A stretch of 64,000 bases of DNA from Raillietiella orientalis (lineage: Eukaryota): contig JAYWIR010000067.1 in NCBI GenBank assembly GCA_036172245.1, positions 248,001 to 312,000 on the forward strand. The letters run 5' to 3'. The notes under the pieces are model-generated. The model made no database searches. It had not been told where the DNA came from and saw only the letters and a program-made list of their open reading frames with translations. Shown here in pieces: positions 10,801-22,600 of the stretch (position 1 is its first letter; the number at the start of each line of letters is the position of its first letter). Made by a program: the position numbers and the translations under genes.

Positions 10801-13534
10801 CGTCTCCAATACAATGGGGGAGCGTGGCTCGCGCCTTCAAGCCCGACGGGCGCTTCTTCAACGGGTCCATTCAATCGATCAACCGGGAGAGGAAGGGGGG
10901 GAGGGGGAAGAAGGAGAACAAGAAAGGTAGGATGCTGGGTGCTCAGGGAAGGGGAAGACCTCGCGAGCGCCGAAGACCTGCTCTCTCCCAAGCACCACGC
11001 ACTGGTGTGCGGTGCGCGCGAGCGTGAAGCCGGAAAGGGGGTGGGCTCGGCGGTTGCGTGGTGACGACGAGGCCACTGGGCTCCCGCACGAAATTCGCCC
11101 TTCACGCGGCCGCCGTTTCTCGCAGTGCTCCCTTCTCAAAAGGATTAATGAATGGAGAGGGGGTCTCCCAGACCCTCGTGGGGACGTCGAAAGGGAGAAA
11201 CGGCGGAAGGCGTCCTCATTTCTTCTTTCTTCGGCTTGTCGGGAGAGCTGCAAGCAGGGTGCAAGAGCAGACGCGTTGGAAACACAACAAGCTGACTCTG
11301 GTCTTCTTGAATAAGGAATCAACCTGCTTTCCAGCTCCTGCGGAAGTCACGAGTCCCACAGTGCAGGGAGCTCCGAAGGCTGGAGTAGAGGGTCCGCTTC
11401 CCCGAGGCCAGCAGGCGCGCGATCCGTCGTCTCGCAACTCGGAGATCCGGCACGGAAGTCCGCAGGCATCTTCCCGGTTGCCAAGGAGCCTGCCGGCTCC
11501 TGAACGCGCACGAAGGCGTCTCCTACCGGGAAAATGCACTTTCGCCCCAGGAGGACTGCATCAGTGCTGGGTCTTTCTTGTTCCGGGTTGGAACCCGCCG
11601 GGCTCCAGGAGATAACGTCGTTCACCATGTCCACGGTTAAGTCGCAACCCTCCCGAACCTCGCCTGTGTGTCCACCAACAGGTCGAGCTGGGGAAGGAAG
11701 GGAGGCGGGGGGACACTGCCACGAAGAGCTGCTCCCATCCGCTTCCCTTGCCCGTCGGCTCAGGAATCTCTCGCACCCTTCCTTTCGCCAAGAGAACAGG
11801 AAGACCTACCGATGACGTCCAGCCGCACTTCCGAGTATTGAGTGGGGATGCTGAGGAAGTCCAGCCTGCAGACGTAGATCCCGCTGTCCTCCACCGTCAC
11901 GTTCCTGATTATCATCACAGGCTGGTGGTCTTGCAGCAGGACCCTGGCCCTCCTCGGGAAAGGGTGCCTGCTGGACCTGCGGGATGGGTCAGGTCTCGCA
12001 TTCCGGAGGTCCATGCTAGGGAAACCATGATGAAGGACGCGTCGATCAGCCTGCAGCAGCCCTCCCACTCCCATGCTGTTCGAAACGGAAACGTCGATGG
12101 GCTGCGGATGGAGGGGAGGAGGAGCAGGAAGGAAGCGGAAAACTGTCGGAGGGAGCGGAGTGTACCACTCGGAGATCGTCGGTGGCTTCAAAGCGCGCGA
12201 GGGGGAAGTGGCCGCCGCACCGCACGCCTGCGAGGCAGCGTTTGCCGAACGAGCCTTGCGGCTGTCCCGCATGCTGCGAACGCATCAACGCGCCGCCGTC
12301 TCCACGGACACCGCCCGCCGCCGCTTGCGGTCGTCGGCAGCGCTGCCACGTGTTACGACGCGCATTGTCGCGGCAAGTGGATCACCGGTCAACAAGGTCC
12401 CAGTCCAGCAAAAAGCTCTTCCGGCACGCTCCGAGCGTGCTCTGGGAAGAGCTTGGTACGTCGCTGACCTTGAAGTTGTTTGGCCGCCGGCTTTTCGCGG
12501 AAGAGAGGCGAGCCCGACTGCACCCCTGCCCCTGTTGCATAGCTCCGGAAAGATCTTTCCCCGTTTCCCAGGCGACGCTTCGGGCCTAGGTCCGTCCTAC
12601 TCGTTCTTCAGAGAGAATTCCTTGATCCTTGATGACTCCGTGGTTCTCTACGTGAGAATTCGGTGATTCCGCGACCCTTCGTGGATTCCTGACGATTCCC
12701 ACAAGAGGGGCTGCTGATTTTCTGATTCCCTAGCTGCTCTTTTCTTTCTCTGCTGTCCGGTCCCAAACCGCCAACGGGGAAGCAAGCGTGCCTCCCGCAT
12801 TCTTCCCCAAAAGTTCAGGGTCCACGGGTCCTCTGGAAGGAAGAACGACGACAGAGCTGGTCCCTTCCTAGTAAAAGCTCCTTCTGCGTTCCTGGGTCTT
12901 CCGGGAAGGAAGAATAACTTCTTCCCGGTTACCGACACCGTGCTCACGTTCCTCCTTCGTTTCCGCGAACACGTTCTTGCGGGATGTTCCCTCACGCTCG
13001 AGACCCCGAGACTCGATATCGACCTCACGCCCCCGTTGTTCCTGATGTCGCCCTCGTGGTAACACCTGTCTCACCACTCATGGCCGGGAAAGAGTGCACA
13101 AGCCTCACGACATCATTCTTCGGTCAGGAAGTCGTCCTCCGGGGATAAATGCCCACATCATACCCGGAAAAGTTTGCGCTGGATATTCTAAGACGGGCCT
13201 TCCGGGCTGGTGCTCTTGTAGCACGTATTCCTCGACGGTCGGTTAAACAGGGAAAGGGGAGGGCGGCGGGCTACCAAAACGATGGATGGGGACGAAGACT
13301 TGGGATCCTAGTTTGAGGCTTCCGGTCGGAGACCGTCTATTGCCAGCGGGTGCCACCTCCTGCATGCCAAGCAGCCAGTGGCGATGCATGTGCGCGCGAG
13401 AGAAACCACGTCGTCTTTCCAGGGGAAGCCTCTTGTGAGATGTGGAGAGGTGATGACGTGTTCCTGGATGAAAGGTAATTTCACTACGTCCTGACTATGA
13501 GATTTCGGCAGGGCATCGGAGAGGACATAAATAT

Positions 13535-13632
<98 letters not shown>

Positions 13633-16600
13633 TAGCCGTGGGGAGATCGAGGAGACGCGTTCTAAATCCACTCGATCATTCCATTTTCATTTGCTTCAAT
13701 CATTTCATTTCCAGTCTGCTTCCGCGCAACTTTCAACCGATGAGATTTGACTGGTTACCCAAAGTCGGTCCACGCTTGATCGATGGAACCATGAGGCTAA
13801 ATGCAACTGATCAACGATTAGAGAGGAAAAGACAAAAAAAAAGGAAGGGAGAAGAAAACAAAAAGCACCCACGCGAGCGCAAATTCGCTTAAAGAGCGAA
13901 TTTCTTTATTTTTTTCCCCGATGACGCAACAACGGGGACTCTGCTCGTTTTCGGTCCGGTGTCTCAGCAACCCTCGACCGAATTCACGGAGAGAGCGACT
14001 TTTTTTTTCCCCCGATGACGCAACAACGGGGACTCTGCTCGTTTTCGGTCCGGTGTCTCAGCAACCCTCGACCGAATTCACGGAGAGAGCGACTTTTTTT
14101 TTCCCCCGATGACGCAACAACGGGGACTCTGCTCGTTTTCGGTCCGGTGTCTCAGCAACCCTCGACCGAATTCACGGAGAGAGCGACTTTTTTTTTCCCC
14201 CGATGACGCAACAACGGGGACTCTGCTCGTTTTCGGTCCGGTGTCTTAGCGACCCTCGAAAAACAAAAGCACTGCTTTTCTCCAGCTGTCCTAGGCTCTT
14301 TTCCGCACTAACACCCTTGCTGCACGCCGTCCGCTAGGTGGAGACTATGTCGACGCCCTGTGGGCATTTGATCGAGTCAACAGCACGATGTTTCACGAGA
14401 TGCTGTCCTGAAAACCTTTCGTCTCGTTTCGAAAGTCGTGCCGAGGCGACCTTGAAATCCGGACATCTTGCAAACCGCACGAGCAGCAGAATAAAGATGA
14501 AAAGGCAAGCCTTCCCTGCATGTAAATAGCTTGCTTTCCGTAAAATTTCGGTCCACAGCGGCCCCCTATTTAGGAATAGCCAGATTCCGAATTGACAAGT
14601 GCGTGGGTAAGAGTTCTTACAAACAAGCAGTTAAAACACTACCATGTACGCCCTCCGCCTCGCAAGATTTTCTTTCCACGTTTCGCCGCAAGTGCCTCCG
14701 TTGCAGGGCAATCCACCACTGGCATTCTTTTTTTTTTGTCTTTCTGATCATTTTGTTTTCCCTGGAATGTTCCAACAGAGAATCCAACAGAGGCGCAAAA
14801 AATAAAAAAACAAACCAACAAAAAAAAAAAAGAACAGTTTTTTCCCCCCTTCGTTTTCTCTCTATGAGAAAATACTCAGAGACATTGGAGTCAGTTTGTT
14901 CTTAGAGAGCAGTGAAGAGAGAGGAAGCAAAAAGTTTGGTGTGCCTGCGTGCGCGCGCGCGTGTGTGTACGCGAGGGAGAGAAGAGGAAGAAGAACGAAG
15001 CTGAGGAGGCGGCATTCGTCCAAGAAGCGAATGCAGCTCAAGCTGTGAGATGGGTCCACCATCATGACGGCCACGGCGAGTGCACCCAGCTGCGCACCGC
15101 TGATTTTTGCTCCGCAGGTTTTTCATTACGGCGGGAGACGCAGCAGTCGGGAGTGCCAGTACGTTTATTCCACATTAAGTAGAATTTATGTTGGTAAATA
15201 CTCGCGAAGTCGGGAGAGGAGAAAAACCGTGGACTTGCAATTTTTTCCCTTCCCCTTCGTCCAAGGAAGACGCATCAAAAGCCAGACTCCAGAGGATGCT
15301 CGATTCTGGACGGGACTTCCTGTCTCCGGTCACGCCTGCAGACGGACCAATCGTGGCTCCGGTGCCAGGCAACACGGAAGCAGCAGCGGCCGCCGCCGCG
15401 AGCGGTAAACGGCAGAAATCAACGATGTCGCTCATGGAAAGAGGACGCAGCAGCGCACGGAGAGCCGTCTGGAGGCGCCTGATCGCAGCATCACCGGGAG
15501 CTGGGGAAGGAAGGGAAGGGGGAGAAGGATGGGGAGCATCTCATTCCTCGCCGACGAACTCGAGTTTAGGATTTCACGCGGGCGCAATTCTTGTCTTCGC
15601 GCGCGCGTCCTGCTTTCCATCCGAGATGATTGCGCGCGTCCCCCCCCCCCCCTCCCCGGACCCCGAGTGACTGCTTTGAGCACAGATAAACCGTTACAAT
15701 CCACGTAACTACCGAATTTACGATCAGAGTTTGATGGGAAGCTGCGGCGGAACCTCCGAAAAACATGCCTTTAAACGACGTGTGCCGACAATCCTGGGCA
15801 TCACAGCACCGCTCGACGCAGCGACGTGGGGACGGATAATCCCCCATAAAGATGGAGGAGGAAGACGGGACCACGCAATCACACGGCCCTTCCGGAGGAA
15901 CCCGCGTCCGCCAGCTCGAGGAAGAGCGTTCGCTTCCACGGCAAACGGGGAAGGAGGGGGGACGGCCGAAGAGCGCTCGGCGTCCGAAGGGAGAGCGAGG
16001 ACCCCAGTCCCCGAGGCGGAGTTCTCTCCTTGCTCGCTCCGGATTGCCGACTTCCGAGAGACGTGGAGCAGGCAGGAAAGCGAACCCGGGAGCCGCCGCC
16101 ACGCGAGCGACGGGTTTGGGACCGCTGCCACGCAGACAGCGGGGGAGATGGGAGGTGCGGGAGCAGACTCGCCCCCGCCACGGCAGGGAGACTCTGCCGG
16201 GAGCACGGGGAGACGAAGGGCACGAACACCTGCATGCGACCCTCCCCCGTTTCGTCAGGCAGCATTTCCGGACCGGGAGGCGCGGAAGGCGATGCGCCGC
16301 ACGTCTCCTCGGGAACAGGGCAGGCGATGAGTCGCTAACGAAGAAGCGAAAGCTACAGTCCAACACGCGGACTCGGAGTGACGTTCCGAAGCCGCCGCTG
16401 TCCCGTCGCCATGCCCATCCGGACGAACCTCCAGCGGCTCACGGGGATCAATCGGAAGGGTTGAGGACTACTTGCTGTCCCGAGGGGCGGATGCAGGAGA
16501 GGAAGAGTGCTGTTCGGAGCAAATGAAGCCTCCGACTCGGGTGCCTCTGACCCCCAGACCCGGATCGCATGGTCCAGTCCGGAACAGCCTCTTTCTGCAG

Positions 16601-19600
16601 GACGCGGTGGTCTCAGATAGACTGCGCCCTACTGCCTGCCGGGGATCCGCCGCGGGAGAGGCAGGCGTGGCTGACCGGAGCGATCCCAGGCCGCGGTCAT
16701 CACGTTCCTGCCCCTTCCGCCTAAAAACAGTCCACGTCCACGCGCCCACGTCACCCTGGACGTGGACGTGGACTGCAGGTCCGTCCACATGACGGACTGC
16801 CCCTCGTCCGAGCCCTGGAACAGTCGACGCTCACGCCCAGGAAGTATCGTCCGCGCCTTCGAACATTCCACGTCCACATGCTTCAGGCTCCGGGTTCATG
16901 CTTCAGGTTCGCTGCTTGGAACATTCCGGGTGCACTCGCAGAGGAGAGGCGGGGGTCCACGGAAGCACCTCGGCGGCCGGCGGCGGGCCTTCCACTCGCG
17001 GCTTCACTTCCGGATGCAGCGAGCGCCACCCGCCGAGAGGCTGCGCCTCCTACCCCTTCCCCTTCTTTTGCGTGACGTCCCGAGCAGCGAGGAAGCCGCT
17101 TGTCCTTTCCGTACACGCATGGATTCAATATCCATCCGTGCATTTGCATGACATGCACGCGCGTCCACTCGGCGGGGAACGTCGCGGGGCGCGGCACGGA
17201 ACATCGCCCCCTCCCTCCATCTCGCCCGGGAAGGGCCGGCCGCCTCCCGTTTTATGAAGCCGCCTGGCTTGGCGGTCGGCCGTGCCGGCTGGCCGTGTAC
17301 GGGCGACCCCCCTGCGAGCACGTATCACGGAAGGTCCGCCTGCCGCTGTTGGCTCCCCATGTGCAGATCGACTTGTCTCCCCTCTCCGCTGGGGGGCAGT
17401 GGAGGTGCACGTGCACCCGCGTCGCGACCCGCGTGGCCTTCGAAGCCCAGGGGATATCTGCCGGCCGTCGACTGTCTTCGGGAGGGGTTCGATGGTGGCG
17501 CGATCAGAGGTCGCTCGCCTCCCGCGATCCCTACGGATGCGGATCGAAGGATGGAAGGATCTCCTCCATCCCGAACTGCCAAGGCGGGAAGAGCCGAGAG
17601 AGCCTCCCACTAGGATACGGCAGCATCCTCAAGGCGGAGGACCCTGCGCCGGGATGGGGAAGGGGAAGCAGATGGAAGCAGCATGCGGTCCAGGAAGAGG
17701 GAAGCTGCCCGGGGAGTGCGGGAACTCTCGACAGCTCCTCCTCCTTTCTTGCATCCCGTGTGCCCTGAGGAAATCCCGGTTTCCAGGATTTTCCTGTTTC
17801 ACACGGGACGCAGGTGACGCGCGGCGGTTCCCCTGGGACGGCGGGATCACGACGACGCGTGGAGAGGAGCGAAGGGTCTTGGGTCCGGGCGAAGCGACGG
17901 AGATATGGAGGTCCTCTCGTGGTCTTCACAAGAGTTTCCAGCCTGCCGAGATGAGGCGGGAGAGGCTACGATTCTCGGGAGCGAAGAGAACGGAGGAGAG
18001 GTTGCGCAGCGGTGGCCTCCAAGCGCAGCGTAGCCGGGCATCACGGGTTCGAATCCCTCCTAGGGAAGGGTCGACATCGCGCGCCGGTAGGTGCGCCGTG
18101 GGTTTCGGGTACCCCCGCAGTATGGCACTAGTTGGCCTCATGTGGCTTAGCGTGCGGCACTGGAGGATGGCTGGAATAGCGGGACTGGAATAGCGGCTAA
18201 AGCTCCGGGGTACCTTCCAGCAATCAAGGAGCCGGTTCCCTTCGGAATGCCCCTCCGGATGTACAAATGAAGCCTCCTTCCTCCTCGGAGGGTCCTCCAC
18301 TGCCTACCACGGAGCTGCTTGATACCCCCCCCAGGGGGTTGCCTCTAGAGTGTTGAAAAGAGCGCAGCGGGCGGAGGGAGCAGGCGGCGCCCCCCAAGGT
18401 GCCCTTCGGCTGGGTCGAGCGCGCGGGGGGGGACGTGAAAGTTCGGTGTCCTTGGAGGATGCTGACTTCTCCGGAGAAGCGACTTAAGCTCCCAGCTCTC
18501 CCGGTCACAGGAGGGCTGGGGTTGGGTCGGGGCTTTCGTTCCACCGGGAGCGGAGCGTCTCCTGTCCGGCTCCCCGGACGATGTCCGGTGCACCGTCTCC
18601 CGCGCTTTCCGGTGCTGCTAGTGGTGGTGATGGCTCTTGCTGCGGTGATGAGCTCCCGAAGGTGAGTCTCCGCGGCGTTGTTCGGCTCTCTGGAGATGAA
18701 GGGGACTCCACCTCCGGAACTCCGCTTGGCTCCGCGTCCCCCCTTCCACCCTCTGCAGGCTTCCTTGACCCTCCTCTGGGCTTGGCAATCCCTGTGCACG
18801 GCTCCGTCGCAACCAGACCCAGAGGCCGTCATTCCCTTCTGATCACTGCTCGTTCTCCTCAAGAGCGAGGAGTCCGCGACGCAGCGCCTGGCAACGCCTT
18901 TCCCACGCTCTTCCCGGACGGTCCCAGACGCGCCGCTGCCGTCCAGGAAGGGGGGGGGAGGGTTCCGGACTTCCTCCGGTCGGCCAGGAGAACGGGAGGT
19001 CTCGTGGGCGACCATCTCGCGTGTCATAGTGAAACGGCAGGCAACAACGAGTGCGGTTCGATCCCACTTTGAACTCGCGTCGCCTCTTACTCGAGGCGGA
19101 CATTCCGTCCCTTCCGATGGCGAGGATTCGCACAGCACTTCGTTTGCAGCTGCAGCAGCGCCATTCCAGGAGCGCCTCCCCCCCTCCTTCGAGATGCCCC
19201 TCCATGAAAAATGCGACAATTTTGATGGCTGCCGTTCTCGTGGCGACCGAACCAAGGAGCAACGACGGCGAAATCGCGCCCACAGATGCCGGACGCGCCG
19301 CTGCCAGCATCTCCGGATGATCCCAGGCAGCGCCGCCAGTGACGGGAGCTCAGCACAACTTCCTCCCACGGCAAGCGGCGTTTGCAGCCGTTTCCTCTTC
19401 CCTTCTCGAAGGAGAGGTGCAAATAGAGGACTCCCTGAAGACCCCGTTGCTCACCGGAGCCCCCAAGACCGCGACCAGGAGCCTCGCAGGGATTTTCCTC
19501 TCTCGCGGAAGAGAGCTCTTGAGCTCCTGCGGCGGCACTCCTTCGTCCGCTGACTTGGTGGCCCCAGAGCTGCCCTCCCCGACCGTGGCAACGCCTCCAG

Positions 19601-22600
19601 AGCGCGATTTCCTCCTGCTGGGGGCAGATCGATTCCATGGGAGAGATGCGCTGCGGCGAAGACCGCTGGTTTCCGGTCGGTTTCCGGAAATCTCGCCTCC
19701 GTCTACAGGATGGACGGTACTCCCACTCATCCGCAAGGTGTGAGCTGGCGCACTCCCATCGCTGAATGCTCCTGCAGTGTGTGTCTGTCTGCAGTCCGTC
19801 TGCGATGCGAAGGTGCGTGGGTCGAGAGGGACAGAGGCCAGATGTCACGGCGGTACGCATGCCCTCTCATCACCTTTCTGGCTGAGCGGCGACCTGCAGC
19901 CGACTCCGACCGGCCGGCGAAGTCGTCATCCGCCTGAACTAGCGGCAAGCCGAAGAGGCGATGAGGATCGGACGGAGGGCGGAGGAGTCCTCGAGGGAAG
20001 AAACCTTTCCGACGAGAAAATTCTTCCGTTACCCGCCGGCCCCGCGCTCCCATCCCGCTGGTCGTCTGCGCGGCGATCCCCGCTTGCGCCGGAAGGCATG
20101 CGGCCTCCGCACATAGAGCGTCCGGGAAGGCCCCAGGAAAGCGCGAAAGGGCGCTGCGGCTTACTGGTAGATGGGGATGCTGTGGCCCTCCTTGTACCAC
20201 AGGAGGACGGAAGCGAGCTTCCTGGATGCGGCGTCCATCCTTGGACATGGCAGGCTGCAGTCTTGCCCGGCCAGGACCACCACGTTGCTGGTGAGGGCAG
20301 CTGAAACGCAGGTCAGCCGTCCAGCGATGAGGTCACCGCCACCGAGAGGTGTCAGCTGACACGGGGGAAGATTCGGCTCTCTTCCGCGGCTCCCGAGGGA
20401 AAATGCCTTCCAGCGCGCGGCCGCTCGGGGCGTTCGAACGGCCTTGGCTTCAGGTAGAGGTTAGTCAAGAAAGGAAGGGGGGGGGGGAGGGGGCGGTCGC
20501 GCGCCTTGCGAGCCGCGAGGGGCTGACGAACCGTGCGCTTGCCGAGCCTGCTCACGGAACGTGCGCTCATGTGAGCCGCCGGGCTGCACACGCGTGCGGT
20601 CCATTCGCATGTGAACGCCGCCGCCTGAAGGCCGCGCAGCCCGGGAGCAGCACTGGGTCGAGGAAAGGCGGATGTCTTCCTTTCGAGGTGAGGGGGGAGG
20701 GAAGGAGGGGGAGGGAAAGCCGAACCGTCCCACCGCGGAGGACGGGGAGGAGAGCGCTAGCTCACAGGGCTTCAGCGCGCCCGGAGGGACTTACTCTCTA
20801 TGTCTCTTCCGGGTTGGCAGTGAGACCGTTGCCTCCAGAGCAGCAGCACCGAGCAGAGGACGTCCAGGCGCACGAAGAAGGCCAGCAGGCCGCCGCCTCT
20901 TCCTTGCCTGCAAGGGAAAAGAAGCAACAAAGGGGCGGGCGTCACCCCGGCTCGATCGCCACGCCTGCGGGGAACCCTCAGCGCCGACCCCTTGCCCCGC
21001 CAGGATGGAGGGCACGAGGGTTGACGCTCCTTGGCAGGACAAGAAAGAGGAGGAGGGGGAAGGGGTGCGCGCGACGGCGAGCTGCTCGCACGGAGGGAGC
21101 GTCTGGCAGAGACCACACTACCAGAAAGCTCCAGGCAGGGGGAGAAGACATCGAGATCTCTCCGGAGCAAACGCCCGGGGTCCCTCAAACGGGGACTCAC
21201 GCCGCCGCAGCCATCCACCGCGCGTCCTCGTGACACGCGTGCGATGGGTGCCAAGGAGAATCTCGACAGGGAGTCTTCTTCCTCCTCCCTTCCTCTTCCT
21301 TAACCTTCACCCCTCCTCCTTCTCTTCCACTTCCTCCCTTCCACGCGGACGTGGACTGTTCGAGAGCGCGGAGGAATGGTAGTGCGTGGCGTGGACGTGG
21401 AATGTGCGAGGGTGCGTGCGAGGGAGAGTGCGTGGCATGGACGTGGAAGAATCCGAGACGCGTGCGAGGGGCAGTGCGTGGCATAGACGTGGAATGTTCG
21501 GGGGCGCGGACGAGGAACAGTGCGTGGCGTGGACGTGGAAGGGTCCAAGGCTCGTGAGAGGGAGCTGGTCGGCTGGCTTTTCTGGGGCACGTTGGCGCCA
21601 CGCTCTCAGGATGGAACCACTGACAATCCGAAGAGGAAACGCCGCTTACTAGGCGGAGTTTCCCGCCTATTAAGCGGGGCGCCGAGGGCCTTCTTCCCTA
21701 AGGCGCCGGAGACCCGGGTCGCCGAGGCGCTGGGAATCCCCAGAAAAGGAACGAGCTGATCAGTTGCGAAGCGAAGGCTCGGAGAGACAAAAGGGAAGGG
21801 GAAAGAAGGAGGGGGGAGGGAAAGGAAGAGGGAGAGGGAGAGGTCCTTAATGAATGGTGCCCCGGAAAGCGCACGATTCCAGTTCCCAGTTCTTGCGGGG
21901 AGGCTGCAGCAGATGGTGGCGTTGAGGGAACCTCATTCCCAGATGTAACCTGTTCACCCCTTCGCCTGCTCCCGGTTTCTCTCCCGAGATCGTGCTCCCA
22001 GGCCACTGGAATTCCTTCCACGCTCCCCAGTCCCGGGATCGACTGGAACGCGGGATCGTGTGAGCGGCCGGAACTGCGGTTGGAACAGCCCCTCGCCATC
22101 CCGAGAAGACGTGCCGAGGCGGATCCGAAGAGCAGTGGGAGTTTGCGCGTGCATACGCGCGGGGGCGGACCGGACCCTTGTCCGGGGGGAGCGAGGAGGG
22201 GGAAGATCAGAAAGAACGAAAAACGGGACGCCGCGCGCGCAGACTGGAAACGGAAGCTGCGGTTCGCCCTCCCTGCCTGCTGCTCTCAGGACCGTAGGCA
22301 ATGGGTCCGGTGGATCGAACGCCCCTTTTCCCTGCGGCTCCCTCATCTCGATAATGGGGGAAAGGAAGGGCGAGGTTTTCCCCGCCCCCTCGCCTTTCGT
22401 TTCCTGGAAGCAGCGCTCTTCCCCGGACACACATCCTCCCTTCGGGAGCCGCCTTGAGTCTGCAACAGGGGACGGAGAGCGCGATGTTCGGGAGCGGCCC
22501 TTCCTGCTTCCCAGAATTCCCTCGCACACGGGCAAGTCTCCGCTCCAGGAAGGCCGCGGGTGAGGGACAGTGCGTGGCGTGGACGTGGAAGGTCCAAGGC

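Noticed and set aside
13497..13892. ORF with an ERERER run
   Set aside because: It is the translation of the (AG)n microsatellite.
13907..14259. CRISPR array or hammerhead ribozyme in the 94-bp repeat
   Set aside because: No unique spacers, and no CUGANGA...GAAA core in correct geometry on either strand.
17995..18070. Functional tRNA gene
   Set aside because: A and B boxes are present but there is no convincing cloverleaf, and it continues into a body shared with two other dispersed copies, so it is a SINE.
18581..18667. Plus-strand hydrophobic stretch (VLLVVVMALAAV) before a GTGAGT donor, possible nested gene
   Set aside because: No suitable in-frame ATG or acceptor upstream, and no partner exons found.
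21381..21545. CRISPR-like look of the 46-bp array (conserved 22 bp plus variable part)
   Set aside because: The variable parts are homologous to each other, there are no cas genes, and the context is eukaryotic.
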